From assembly GCA_965249555.1 (NCBI GenBank), contig OZ252243.1, forward strand, positions 1,312,001-1,376,000: a stretch of 64,000 bases of DNA, written 5' to 3'. The stretch comes from Nitrosopumilus sp. Its GTDB lineage: Archaea > Thermoproteota > Nitrososphaeria > Nitrososphaerales > Nitrosopumilaceae. This document shows, piece after piece, positions 20,010 to 30,930 of this stretch. The notes beneath the pieces were generated by a model. The model made no database searches. It was not told the origin of the DNA and saw only the letters and a program-made list of their open reading frames with translations. The position numbers and the translations under genes were made by a program. Each line of letters begins with the position of its first letter. Position 1 is the stretch's first letter.

Positions 20010-21451
20010 GTATGTATCAACCTTCACGCACAAATCAATATCATTACACAAAAAGATCTAAGATCAACTAAATCATCATACAAAACATGTCAGGTTGTGG
20101 TCATGAGAAAATCATCATACAGCTACAAGCAGAGATAAAACAACTGCAAGAAAAGTTAAAACAACTACCGCTAATCATAGAAAATCTCATAGAATCAAAC
20201 AAGGAACTGCAAAAAAAGCTGTCATATTATGAGAATGCACACTCTCCGCCATCAAAGAATTCCCTTGAATGGAGAAAGCAAAAAAGACAACACAGACAGC
20301 CAGGCAAATCAAGACGTGGTGGAATAGCAGGACACGTTGGCAAGACACAGAAATTCAGACCAACTAGCACCAAACACCACAGATCAGATGCATGTCCCAA
20401 ATGCGGTAGTGAAAATATTCATCAAACCAAAACCTGCAAAAGGATAATGGTTGAGATTCCTCCACCAACACCCTACGGTATAACTGAGCATGTTTTGAAT
20501 CAATACATCTGCATGGACTGTTCTGATAATTTTCAAACCACGGGAAACCTTCCACTACATGGATGTTTTGATGGTTCAGTGATACGTGAGGTCGTCTCAC
20601 TGTTCTCAAAGAGATTGACATACGATGCTATCAGAACCACACTCTATGAAAGATATGGATTAGAAATCAGCAATACAACCGTACAATCCATTCTTCGCAA
20701 CGGTAGTGTGATGTTAGAGTCATTTTACAATACAATCCACAGCGAAATCGTGACTGAAAATATTCTCGGAATCGATGAGACAGGATTTTCAATTGATGGA
20801 AATACTGGATGGATGTGGGTTGCAAGAAGCAAGACTAGTGCACAGTATGCCTTGGAGTACAGCAGAGGTGCCAATGTTCTAAAAAAGTACTGGAAGAAAT
20901 TCAAAGGAACCCTAGTGTCTGACGGATATGCTCCGTACAGGACAGTATTTTGTGATAACACAAAGCAGAGATGCACTGCACACCTGCAGCGCGATGCCAA
21001 ATATCTGGCAATAAAATCACAGGACAAAAAGGCAAGGATTCTATACGAGAAACTCTCAGATATGCTAGGTCATGCCAGGGTTTGGAGTGTAGGTAATCGT
21101 CATACAAAACGGCGGGAAACGTACAGGGATGATTTACTAAAACAGCTAGACCGTATCATTGCACGATATTTGAAAGGTGATATGGAGATGGTTCAGTTTG
21201 GCAAGAAGCTAAAGACTGCAAGGAACAGCATGTTTACGTTTGTCATGGATGGCGATGTCCCGTCAACTAACAATGATGCAGAGAATTCCATTCGAAAGTG
21301 CGTGATGCAGAGGAATGTTCGCGGGCAGATGAAGAGTGATCAGGGCATGAGGATGATCTCAGTCTTTCTCACATGCTTTGAGACATGGAGAATAAGGGAA
21401 TTGAACATGTTTTCTGAGATGGCAAAATACATCTAAGTGCTTGATTCATAC
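20010..21451 (+). mobile_element. IS66-family insertion sequence (single-ORF, ISBst12-like), 1442 bp
   Basis: Ends GTATGTATCAACC / GCTTGATTCATAC (imperfect TIR); 8-bp TSD AAAATTTT at 20002-20009 and 21452-21459. Confidence 0.93.
20087..21436 (+). CDS. IS66-family DDE transposase
   Basis: Coiled coil, SPPS, CPKCG..C..C zinc finger, IDETG, WMWV, SDGY..Y, QRC.AHL.R, TNNDAE. Confidence 0.93.
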   Translation: MSGCGHEKIIIQLQAEIKQLQEKLKQLPLIIENLIESNKELQKKLSYYENAHSPPSKNSLEWRKQKRQHRQPGKSRRGGIAGHVGKTQKFRPTSTKHHRSDACPKCGSENIHQTKTCKRIMVEIPPPTPYGITEHVLNQYICMDCSDNFQTTGNLPLHGCFDGSVIREVVSLFSKRLTYDAIRTTLYERYGLEISNTTVQSILRNGSVMLESFYNTIHSEIVTENILGIDETGFSIDGNTGWMWVARSKTSAQYALEYSRGANVLKKYWKKFKGTLVSDGYAPYRTVFCDNTKQRCTAHLQRDAKYLAIKSQDKKARILYEKLSDMLGHARVWSVGNRHTKRRETYRDDLLKQLDRIIARYLKGDMEMVQFGKKLKTARNSMFTFVMDGDVPSTNNDAENSIRKCVMQRNVRGQMKSDQGMRMISVFLTCFETWRIRELNMFSEMAKYI

Positions 21452-21924
21452 AAAATTTTTAACTTTTATGATGGAAATCCAAACACTATATTTATACGTG
21501 GTATAGGGATTAATGAGACAAATCCTCCACAACTTTATGGGGTTGTGTATTTTGCTTCAGATGATTATGATTATAAATTTAGTTATTATACTCAGCACAA
21601 ATATTTTTCCACTTCATTCATTTCTGAACAAAAAAAACAATATGATGAATTTAATATTCGTCAACTTGTTTATGATTTCATTAACAACTGCCAACCAATC
21701 ATAAAAAACAATTTTAACTATTGTCAAGAATATTTGGTTAGTGGTGGTTGTCGTGTTATTTCAGAATTACCTAAATATTGTATGGATGAGTACATATTCT
21801 ATAAAAGTGTAAATGATGAGGAATGCCTTGCTCTGTTTTCCTCTTTAGAAACTTTAGATTCTGATCACACTTGGAGTCTAGAAGAGTTTAGAAAATCAAA
21901 ATGTAGATTGTAATAAATGTTAAA

Positions 21925-22164
21925 TTGAAAATATTTTTTTTTATGAAAAAGAAAGATATATTATCTAATCATATGTTACTAACTAATGTAATGTTAAAAA
22001 AATTATATGGTCTTTTTTTAGGACTTTCAGTATTAGGACTAGTACTTGTTGTAACTGGAATGATTATCGATGATCTTACCTTTTGGCTAATAGCTGATAT
22101 AATGTTTATTAGTATATTTGCATCAAGTTCTATAGTATTTGCATATTCTATGCGTAAACAGTAG
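21925..22164 (+). CDS. small 2-TM membrane protein
   Basis: Two hydrophobic helices; true start probably downstream. Confidence 0.55.
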   Translation: MKIFFFMKKKDILSNHMLLTNVMLKKLYGLFLGLSVLGLVLVVTGMIIDDLTFWLIADIMFISIFASSSIVFAYSMRKQ

Positions 22165-22174
22165 AGTTTAAAAA

Positions 22175-22639
22175 TTGAAAAACGTATACCTTGCCAGTCA
22201 TTTAGGATTCATAGAACTTGGTGGAGATAACCTGGTTAAATTTCACAAAGTTTTAGAGAAATTTCATATCTTAGATCCATGGGCTAATCAATATGAAGAA
22301 GAGTTTGATAAATTAGAATCAATCACAGATCTAAAACAGTATAAAATTGAAGCAAAGAAAGTCAATCAAATGATTGGACAAAAAAATGAAGACATGATAA
22401 ATAAATCAGACCTTATGGTTGCAATTCTTGATGGTGTAGATGTGGATAGTGGAGTGGCAGTAGAAATTGGCTATGCATTTTCTAAAATGCCAATCATTGG
22501 GTATAGAAGTGATATTAGAGAGAGTGGCAGCAATATTGCACAAATTGTAAATCTCCAAGTAGAGCATTTTATAGAAAAATCAGGTGGAACCATTGTAAAA
22601 AGTTTATCAGAACTAGAAGAGATTATTAAAAAATATTAA
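22175..22639 (+). CDS. nucleoside 2-deoxyribosyltransferase family protein
   Basis: VYLAS, D.MVAILDG.DVDSG...EIGYA, GYRSD.R. Confidence 0.88.
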   Translation: MKNVYLASHLGFIELGGDNLVKFHKVLEKFHILDPWANQYEEEFDKLESITDLKQYKIEAKKVNQMIGQKNEDMINKSDLMVAILDGVDVDSGVAVEIGYAFSKMPIIGYRSDIRESGSNIAQIVNLQVEHFIEKSGGTIVKSLSELEEIIKKY

Positions 22640-22903
22640 TAAACCAATTATAGAATAATGTCTAATATAATAGCGTCAATATCGCCTCCCATTAGGACAA
22701 GAGATCAAGTTCATATCTAACACATCAAACAAAACAGACACCAAAACTGATCTGTTTTCATCCTATAATGGTTCAATTCAAACTATTTCAACCCCTCATA
22801 GACAATCGAACAGATTTTTCTATATGATAAACACTGATGATTCATCCGTAAAAATAATGATTTTATGAGTAATAAATACAAAAAAACATTTTGTATCTAG
22901 TTT

Positions 22904-23425
22904 TCATTTTCTAATTCTCAATTTTGCTTTTTTTAATGCAATAATTCCTGGTATTATGAAAATTGTTCCAGTACCAATCTGTATCAAACCTCCAATTGAT
23001 CTAATCCAATCAGTTTCTTGCTCAAGATGTTCAAGAGTTAATAGTGATTGAAGACCACTTTCTACCCAAGAAAAACCAAAAAATAACAAAACTCCTGCTG
23101 CAATAATGAACATGTATTTTCTAGGGGGAATTTTTTTTACCCTCAAAATTATATTTGGTACAAGAAATACTAGTGAGATAATCCCTAACATGATTGGTCC
23201 TGAAACAAATATTGAATTATATTTCGAGTATCCATAAAAATCATGTGCGTAACTAGGAGATAAATCTGGATCAAGGTCAATTCCTCCTCCATGTCTCTGG
23301 AATTCTGGTGATTCTGATACTAAATTTATTGAATATATGAAAACAACAAAAGAAATTAGAGTCAAAAAAATAGAAACTGTAATTAAGATTAAAAGATTAA
23401 TTTTCATTTTCTTCAAATAAAACAC
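22904..23425 (-). CDS. 4-TM membrane protein
   Basis: Four hydrophobic segments. Confidence 0.7.
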   Translation of the reverse strand: MFYLKKMKINLLILITVSIFLTLISFVVFIYSINLVSESPEFQRHGGGIDLDPDLSPSYAHDFYGYSKYNSIFVSGPIMLGIISLVFLVPNIILRVKKIPPRKYMFIIAAGVLLFFGFSWVESGLQSLLTLEHLEQETDWIRSIGGLIQIGTGTIFIIPGIIALKKAKLRIRK

Positions 23426-23462
23426 TCATAAAGATTTTGATTCTCCTAAATTGTGGAATAGG

Positions 23463-23548
23463 ATCCATTTTAGAGAATATTCCCGTCATCTACCAAAAGG
23501 CTAGTAATCATAATACTTGGTAAATCGGACAGATATTATGTATTACCT
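23463..23548 (+). repeat. direct repeat copy 1 (putative att arm + core)
   Basis: 23485-23542 matches 34157-34214 at 51/58 positions; weaker similarity extends to 23463/34135. Confidence 0.85.
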
Positions 23549-23636
23549 TCTAATCATATATCGAAAATACCACCAAGATGTTTTGTTTGTAATACATGCG
23601 AACTTGTATTCTTGATAGATAACATCAAGGTAGTTC

Positions 23637-23888
23637 TTGCCCTCTCCTTTTTTATGTTTTAGATTAATTTTAGGATTTATTGGCATTATAATATTTGTTG
23701 TAGGTACAATATTTCTTACAAAAGAACTATTTTTGGATGTGTTTTTGTTCGGTTTAGGTTCTTTTGCTCCTGATATGCCAGGACATCCATCTAATACATT
23801 TATTTTCTTAATGTTTTTTATTTTAAATTTTATTGTTTTATCTTTAATTTCATACAAAATATATTCCAAAAAAATCAAAAAACCTTGA
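23637..23888 (+). CDS. small 2-TM membrane protein (possibly truncated)
   Basis: Two TMs around GSFAPDMPGHP. Confidence 0.5.
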   Translation: MPSPFLCFRLILGFIGIIIFVVGTIFLTKELFLDVFLFGLGSFAPDMPGHPSNTFIFLMFFILNFIVLSLISYKIYSKKIKKP

Positions 23889-24180
23889 TGGGATACAATT
23901 GTCTACCTATAATTTTTTTCCTTAAAAATATAATACAAAAATATCCAAAACATAAGGATAGAGGAACTGGGTAGAGTGAGTGGAATGTTGCAGATGAGGA
24001 TGATAACTATGTAGAGTCTGAAGAACAAAATACAGAACGGGATAAATAGAAAAAGATTAGTAAAGGGGATTTTTAATTACACTAGTATATGAGTTTTACA
24101 AGTATGATTATATCAAGACTAGTTAGTATGGGATTAATTAGCTCATTTGTGTTGGAACGCTAGTTCCAATGTTGGGTTGA

Positions 24181-24327
24181 CTATTTTTTCAAATTTTTTC
24201 TTAGGATATCATTTACAACCTTTGAGAAACTATACGATAAATTTTCATTTTTAATAATTCCAGCTTGAATAATACGTAGTCTTCGTTCATTATCATCATC
24301 AATCATAATTGTAACTCTTCTAACCAT
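24181..24327 (-). CDS. ribbon-helix-helix (CopG-like) small protein, 48 aa
   Basis: MVRRVTIMIDDDNERRLR...SFSKVVNDILRK; alternating beta strand followed by two helices. Confidence 0.7.
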   Translation of the reverse strand: MVRRVTIMIDDDNERRLRIIQAGIIKNENLSYSFSKVVNDILRKNLKK

Positions 24328-24693
24328 ACTAAGAAATTAGTATTGTATTATATAAATAATTTAACCCTACTAGGTGTGAAATCTTAAACTAAACCATGTG
24401 GTATGATACCCTATGAAAGATACCATCAAAATAGTCATGCCTGATGTATAGTTATAGGGCAAAACAAAACATGACCAGGCAGCTCAAAGCCCGATTATCA
24501 TTTTTAAAAAACACTTTACAAGAAACGAGAAAGGACTAAAGATTGGATCATACGCCAGATACGGGCTTTCCCGGATTCCCAAACACTGGCCCCGAGAACT
24601 CAGGAACTGAAAGTCAAAAAAGACATCCCAAATCTGCACCGTACCAATTACAAAAAGATATAAAAACGGACAAATCTGCAAAGTGGTTTAAAC

Positions 24694-24870
24694 ATGGGAA
24701 TCATACATGATAAATACCGAAAAAAAGTTGATACCGCATATGAGATTTTAGGCATTGCAGCTGATGTGGCTCAGCTTGGGCGTGCATTATTACGCAATGA
24801 GATAAAAGGCAAAAAGCAAAACATTACCACTATTATCAAAAAACTAGAAAAGATCAAAAATAGCCTCTAG
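24694..24870 (+). CDS. small hypothetical protein (58 aa)
   Basis: Manually read ORF MGIIHDKYRKKVDTAYEILGIAAD... Confidence 0.4.
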   Translation: MGIIHDKYRKKVDTAYEILGIAADVAQLGRALLRNEIKGKKQNITTIIKKLEKIKNSL

Positions 24871-25005
24871 TTATTATTTCACGCTCAAAATGATTTCTGA
24901 TCGGTCTGTGTTTTTAGGCACAAAACAGCAAATATGTATACACTTTATAAGTAAAACTCTGAAATCTTAGTAACCTTTATAATCTCACTTTTTTTTTACA
25001 AAAAT

Positions 25006-27132
25006 ATGAATAAAGTACTATTCACTGCATTGATTGCAGTAATTGCAATCTCAATGTCATTTGCAAGTGCAGAGGCTCAAGATGCTCCACCTGCCGCACC
25101 CACACTTGAATCAGGAGCAATCACTGAAACAAGCATTGAGATTGAATGGAGTGAAGTGACTGGTGCCTTGGTCTATTCGTTATATAGAAATGGTGAAATC
25201 ATAGCAAGTACCGGTGATACATCATACACTGACAATGGCTTGGATCCTTACACATCTTACACTTATCATGCCTTCTCATCTACCGCTTTACAGCAAAGTG
25301 GCAAATCTGTCAGCCTGACTGTAACTACATCTCCAATCCAAACAGGCTCTTTTAGTGTAACAGTAGATGGTGATGAGGCAACCGTATCATTTACACCACT
25401 AACAGATGGTGATTTCACAATTGGATACGGTGATCTAACAGATACTGTCACCATTGCATCTGGTGATGTAGGTTTAGAATCATCTACTACGGTACAAGTC
25501 GGCTATAATTATGATGGTACAGTCACCCTCTCACTTGATGGTGATGAATTTGGCAGCATACCCATACGCACCGAACCTGCACCTCCTGAACTTAGAGCAG
25601 GAACAATCACTAACACAACTATTGAGATTTTATGGGATGCAGTGGATGGTGCCACAGAATACACTGTGTATAGAGATAATGTCTACCAAGGAAGTCGTGC
25701 TATGCCATTATACCTTGATAATACCATCGCTCCTGGAACTTACACTTATCGTATCGAATCACACAATGATGTTTCCCAGACAAGTGACTCATCTACTTTG
25801 ACTCTATCTACAGCAACCTTTGATGCTCCCCCTGAAACTGATAACACCGATAGTGTAACTCCACCTACTGATAACACCGATAGTGTAACTCCACCTACTG
25901 ATAACACCGATAGTGTAACTCCACCTACTGATGACAACGATAGTGTAACTCCACCTACTGATGACAACGATAGTGTAACTCCACCTACTGATGACAACGA
26001 TAGTGTAACTCCACCTACTGATGACAACGATAGTGTAACTCCACCTACTGATGACAACGATAGTGTAACTCCACCTACTGATGACAACGATAGTGTAACT
26101 CCACCTACTGATGACAACGATAGTGGAGCTGGTGGCATCGCTAGTGTAACTCCTGGAACTGAAACACCAAAGAAAAGTGGTGGCGATTCTAATGAATGGA
26201 AAACAAAGCCAACCTTTGGTAAACATTGGAATAATCAAGCAGTACAACTAGTTGACAACGGCTTTGTCTTTAATGGCATACCATTAACCATTACAGATAA
26301 CTGGCACACTGACTTTGATCTGACTAGCAGCATTATAGGTGAGGACAATACAGTCCACATCAAAGGCTATGCAACAAATGGCCTAAAGTCAGTATCTCTA
26401 TCCCTTGGAGTTCCAGAAATTGGTCTAAAAACAGATGCAGAGTCCCACATTATAGTAAATGTAAATAGAAACTATGCAAGTCCTGCAGGCTATGACATTG
26501 CAGATATAGTCCATGAGCAAAAAGAGGGACTGGTAAATGAGGAGATGACTAGAGTATCCATTGACAAAGTCAAATGTAACATATCAGATACTACAGAGAG
26601 GTGCTTTGATGTTACCATATCATTTGTAATAATGGCACCATTATCCCATGAAGTATTGGCAATTAATGCAGTTGACAAACAACGTTATTCTACTACCACA
26701 TATATCAACGAAGGTGTAGAGTTTGTGGGAGAGTCATTGCTTGCAGCAGCAACTCATGAATTAAAACAAAAGCATGGTAACCAGAATCCATTTGAGACTG
26801 TATCACTAACACAGCAAGACAGACGTTACCAGGTCTGGGAGGACCAATATGGATACATATGGTCACAAAATGACTATGGCACCTGGTTGCAGATTACAAG
26901 ACCTGATATACAACAAAGAGATGATTTGCCAACAAGTGTAATGACTAGAATTCATTCAAACTTTGCAAGCCTGGTAATTGATGAGCAGGATAGGGCAACC
27001 CTGATCTTTGATAGTAAGGCAATTCAGGGAATTCTGGATGAATCATTCTCATATGATATGCCATTAAGGCTGGACAGAGTATCAGATCTCACATTACTGG
27101 AATCACTATCCATACAAGAGATGCTAGCCTAG
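25006..27132 (+). CDS. secreted fibronectin type III protein with Pro/Thr/Asp repeat linker
   Basis: Signal peptide; two Fn3-like units (IEW..V.GA..Y..YRN, YTD.GL.P...YTY); repeat linker; C-terminal domain. Confidence 0.85.
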   Translation: MNKVLFTALIAVIAISMSFASAEAQDAPPAAPTLESGAITETSIEIEWSEVTGALVYSLYRNGEIIASTGDTSYTDNGLDPYTSYTYHAFSSTALQQSGKSVSLTVTTSPIQTGSFSVTVDGDEATVSFTPLTDGDFTIGYGDLTDTVTIASGDVGLESSTTVQVGYNYDGTVTLSLDGDEFGSIPIRTEPAPPELRAGTITNTTIEILWDAVDGATEYTVYRDNVYQGSRAMPLYLDNTIAPGTYTYRIESHNDVSQTSDSSTLTLSTATFDAPPETDNTDSVTPPTDNTDSVTPPTDNTDSVTPPTDDNDSVTPPTDDNDSVTPPTDDNDSVTPPTDDNDSVTPPTDDNDSVTPPTDDNDSVTPPTDDNDSGAGGIASVTPGTETPKKSGGDSNEWKTKPTFGKHWNNQAVQLVDNGFVFNGIPLTITDNWHTDFDLTSSIIGEDNTVHIKGYATNGLKSVSLSLGVPEIGLKTDAESHIIVNVNRNYASPAGYDIADIVHEQKEGLVNEEMTRVSIDKVKCNISDTTERCFDVTISFVIMAPLSHEVLAINAVDKQRYSTTTYINEGVEFVGESLLAAATHELKQKHGNQNPFETVSLTQQDRRYQVWEDQYGYIWSQNDYGTWLQITRPDIQQRDDLPTSVMTRIHSNFASLVIDEQDRATLIFDSKAIQGILDESFSYDMPLRLDRVSDLTLLESLSIQEMLA
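25837..26125 (+). repeat. 30-bp coding tandem repeat (~9.6 units)
   Basis: 3x TDNTDSVTPP then 6 full + 1 partial TDDNDSVTPP. Confidence 0.95.
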
Positions 27133-27288
27133 GAAATGCTGGATTAATTAAAGTAGAAAAATAATACATTAAATTATTAAACTCGTTGTAAAGTCTGTAT
27201 TCTGGTATGGCTACAAGATAGTTCCCATATTCAAAGTTCTAACATTCTTCTTGTAAGATTAATATGGTATTATATATTCTACAAAACA

Positions 27289-27507
27289 ATGGCAAACTAT
27301 GATTCTATAAAGTCCAGTGTTGAAAAAAACGGTGAATTAATGATCCGTTTGGATAATGGTGATAAAATCGAACTCCATAAACACAATGTCACCTTTGATG
27401 ACTCTACAAAAGAGATAATTGTAGATGCAGGAACAGAAAAAATTTGGATTCCTGCTGACAAGGTAGCATATTACTGGCTACACAAAGAAGGATTCAAAAA
27501 AGAATAA
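27289..27507 (+). CDS. small beta-rich hypothetical protein
   Basis: 72-aa ORF with T-rich terminator-like tail. Confidence 0.7.
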   Translation: MANYDSIKSSVEKNGELMIRLDNGDKIELHKHNVTFDDSTKEIIVDAGTEKIWIPADKVAYYWLHKEGFKKE

Positions 27508-28003
27508 CTCTTTTATTTTTATCAACTGACATTCAAAACAACCTATAGCTGATTCTGATGATCCAATAGATGATATTTTATCCTCTGATGGTATAGGACC
27601 AGTTGGTGTTACTGATGAGTTAAATCAAGCTCATTCAGATATTATAATATCAACTATACAATCAGATACATATGTAGATGAAGCAAAATAATTTTGTAAT
27701 GTTTATTAAAAAATGAATACTAATAATGTTAGGTTTCAGTTAAGATAAGCACTACTGTGCTAATCTCTCTTTTAATTTCTCTAAAGCAAGAAATAGTGAA
27801 AGATCTGATTACGTTTGAGTTAATATTGGCTCTGAATAATAATTAGATATTACACCTTTTTTTATTTTTTTGAAGGGTACTGTTGGGTTATGGAGACCTC
27901 ATTATATATTTCACGGTTCAATGATGGATAAAGAACAAAAAATGTCACAACTGAAATTACAAATGCTAAAGGTATATCCAACATTGATTTAGGATTTGAA
28001 TAA

Positions 28004-28426
28004 ATGGAATCTTTGCATAAAGTAACTCTAAAGTGTACTCTAAGATGTTTGCTTGGTTGTAACATTGGTGAAGTAATAGGCATGATAATTGGTTCGTTAC
28101 TAAGTTTAGATTTTATTTCAACTATAATTCTAGCAGTGGGACTGGCATTTATCACAGGTTATATTTTTACAATTGTGCCTCTGCTAAAAAAAATGTCTAT
28201 ATGACAAGCAGTAAAGGTTTCAATATTGGGAGATACTGCAAGCATTACAGCAATGGAAACTGCTGAAAATTCCATAGTATTTGTAATTCCTGGATTTATG
28301 GTGGCATCTTTGTTTGATTCTATCTTCTGGATTGGACTAGCAATAATGTTGCCATTTGGATTCCTAGCATCATATCCAGTTATGTATTGGGTAATGAAAT
28401 GAGATATGGGATGTAAACGAAAGTAA
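28004..28426 (+). pseudogene. DUF4396-like membrane protein with two in-frame TGA
   Basis: TLRCLLGC.IGE, DTASI.AME..EN, FW..L, YP; TGA at 28202-28204 and 28400-28402. Confidence 0.75.
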
Positions 28427-28618
28427 TTATTAATTATAATTAAATAACCATATTTTCATACCTATTCATGGATATAGAAAAAAATTTAGATTCAATTCTA
28501 GACAAATTACCTAAATAATAATAACTAGTTTCTATAAACCTAAAAATATCTCACATGATATTTACATAAAAATAGCAAAAGAATTATAAATTTGGCAATA
28601 TTGGATAATAATTAAATT

Positions 28619-28804
28619 ATGTCAAAAAACAGGAAAACAGAAACTAAAAATCAACATGAAGAAAAATTAGATGAAATATTATTAATGTTTATAGATGATG
28701 AAATGGATTATGATATTTCTCACAATGAAATTATTCAGATTATAATAAATCACACACAAAATGCAATTAATAAAGTACAAGAAATTAGAAAGGAAATGGA
28801 TTAG
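28619..28804 (+). CDS. small acidic hypothetical protein
   Basis: 61-aa ORF. Confidence 0.45.
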   Translation: MSKNRKTETKNQHEEKLDEILLMFIDDEMDYDISHNEIIQIIINHTQNAINKVQEIRKEMD

Positions 28805-28857
28805 CTTCCCAATTATTGATGTGTGAATTAGGAATCTGATTAAGGAAAAATTACATG

Positions 28858-30839
28858 TCACGGTTTAAGTTTGAAAATAATTGTTGACTCTATCCCAATA
28901 AGACCAATTATGGGTATTATAACATATTGAATTTCGAAATTAGGAATCGAATTTAATCCTAGATAAAACACAATATCCACAACAATAGAACCAATTATTG
29001 CAAGAATCACATATTTGAAACTAGATTTTATCTTAATGGATTCTCCTTCAGTTTTTGTTTTATCATCAGAAAGTTTTTGTATCATCTGATTTAATTCATC
29101 AATAGTAGTTTGCATTTTACCCATTTCTTTTTTATGTTCACTAGACGTATCATCTATTTTTTTATCAAAGTCTTCTTGAATTAATTCAAGCCCTTTTTTC
29201 ATCATTGGTTCGAATTTTGCTAAGGATATTTCTTCACCTTTATCAAGGGATTCTCGCATTTCTAATAGGTGTTCTTTTATGAAATCATTTCCAATAATTA
29301 TTTCTAAATGCTTTTGATCAATACCCTCTGTATTCCAAAAAATGGATAGTAGATTAGATAAATCTTCTAATGGTATTTTATGTGATTTAAAATTACTACT
29401 TAATAATTTTGTAAATGCAATGCTTCTGTTATTGATAGTAGTTTCTGGAGCTACAAATGGTGAGATCATCTGAAGCCAAATTTCGGGAGTAACACTTGCA
29501 TAAATAAAATCTTGACCATATCTGCCACGTTCAGCTCTTGGAAGACCATAATCAGTAGTCAATAACCATGTTTTATGTCCAGTAACATCAGGTTTATTAT
29601 CACGTAATTTATGAACTCGTAAAATATTGTAAGCATCATGATTGACTAGTTCAGAATTTTTATATATACCGAAATTTAAAATCTGTGTTTTTAGTCGTAA
29701 TGCATCTTCATCTTCTAAATCAATATCTTTGTCAAGTTCTTCTAAAATTATGTTATACTTACTATCCATCAGACTTTTAAATTCCTGATAACGTTTGTAA
29801 AATGTCTCCATAGTTAATTTAGGATTTTTTAATAGTTCATGAGAATATGTGCTTAAAAACTGACTCGTCTTTTGTGCATTTTTATAAGTAGATGTAAATT
29901 TAGGATTGACCCGAAAATTGTTATATTTTCTTTTTGAGTTCTCTATAGAACTTTCAAATTCTATAGCAGTTTTTTCAGTTATTAGAATTTGAGCTCCTAA
30001 ATTCTGTGTTTCTGCAATGATAGTTTCAATTGTATTGTGTGATGTACTATCTTCAAAAATCAAATCCATGAATGTGTTAGTATCTAAATAGATGTATTTT
30101 TTTGCCCATGCATCTTTTTGAAAACTTTGTAAATCAGGATCAAGATTTAAAATTTTAAAATAAACATAACTCTGGGCTCTTGAAAATAAATATATTGAAA
30201 CCTTTTCATCAGGGTTTCCAAAGTATTCATTAAAAAATTTATCAAGATCATCTCTAAGATCTTCAGATATTATACTCAGAAGTGTATTTTGATAAATTTC
30301 TTGAAAACCCTTTTGTTTTTTTAATTCAGTAAGTTTATGCATTCCTTCTGTTAAAATTCGAGCTGACGTAGTACCATATCTTGCAAAAGTAGTTCCTAAA
30401 AGAATAGATAATTTTTCTAAAATCAATTCACATTGCTGTGTTGAAATCGAAGGAATTTTTTCATGTAGCGACTTTAAAATATCATCTTTTATCTGGTTTT
30501 CAAGATCACGTGTTTCTTTTAGACTTTTTTTAATTTCATTACGCTTAACTTGTGAAATATCAAGTTTCTGATTTATTATAGAAAGTACACCAGCCTCAGT
30601 CAGATTATCAATTGCATTTTTTAAATGTAAATCTGGAATTTTAGTAATGTTATAATCTGTTTCTAAATGATTTTTCAAGTCATCATAACTGTGTTTTCAT
30701 TATCACCATGTTCAAAAATTGTCGTGGACACCATATGTTCATAAAGTTCTGTTCGAATATCCGTAGTTTTTCTACTTAGAACAAACTGTTGTAATTCCAG
30801 TAATCGTTGTTTGTTAATTACTTCATTGTTCAAATCCAA
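28858..30839 (-). pseudogene. PIN-domain protein with coiled coil and two C-terminal TMs; frameshift near 30695
   Basis: YLDTN, T..EF, HDA, WLLTTD acidic tetrad; upstream frame from TTG 30839 joins main ORF with +1 nt in GAAAAC run; 606-aa ORF 28858-30678 remains open. Confidence 0.65.
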
Positions 30840-30930
30840 TGCTATTGTTCTAGAACAACATTATAAAAGAATATGAAGATATAAGATTAAAGAAAAAAAG
30901 TGAGGTCAAGATTGCAATTCATGTAATACC

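Larger units (their letters stand above)
19438..21913 (+). pseudogene. secreted Cys-rich protein (341 aa reconstructed) interrupted by IS66
   Basis: Removing IS plus one TSD fuses ...SDTKI to FNFYDGNP... in frame. Confidence 0.88.

Noticed and set aside
23463-23548. Repeat as integron attC or casposon/Tn7 end
   Set aside because: No RYYYAAC/GTTRRRY boxes or long hairpin; copies are direct, not inverted; no IntI, Cas1 or TnsB present.
25837-26125. 30-bp periodic array as CRISPR
   Set aside because: No unique spacers, in-frame coding repeat, no cas genes; the same applies to 59832-60146.
27520-28003. Coding-like fragments (PIADSDDPIDD..., TEITNAKGISNIDLGFE)
   Set aside because: No starts or recognisable family; likely gene debris, too little to call.
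28202-28402. Selenocysteine or recoded TGA in the DUF4396-like gene
   Set aside because: Positions are not Cys/Trp-like, no SECIS seen, and TGA is a normal stop elsewhere in the window.
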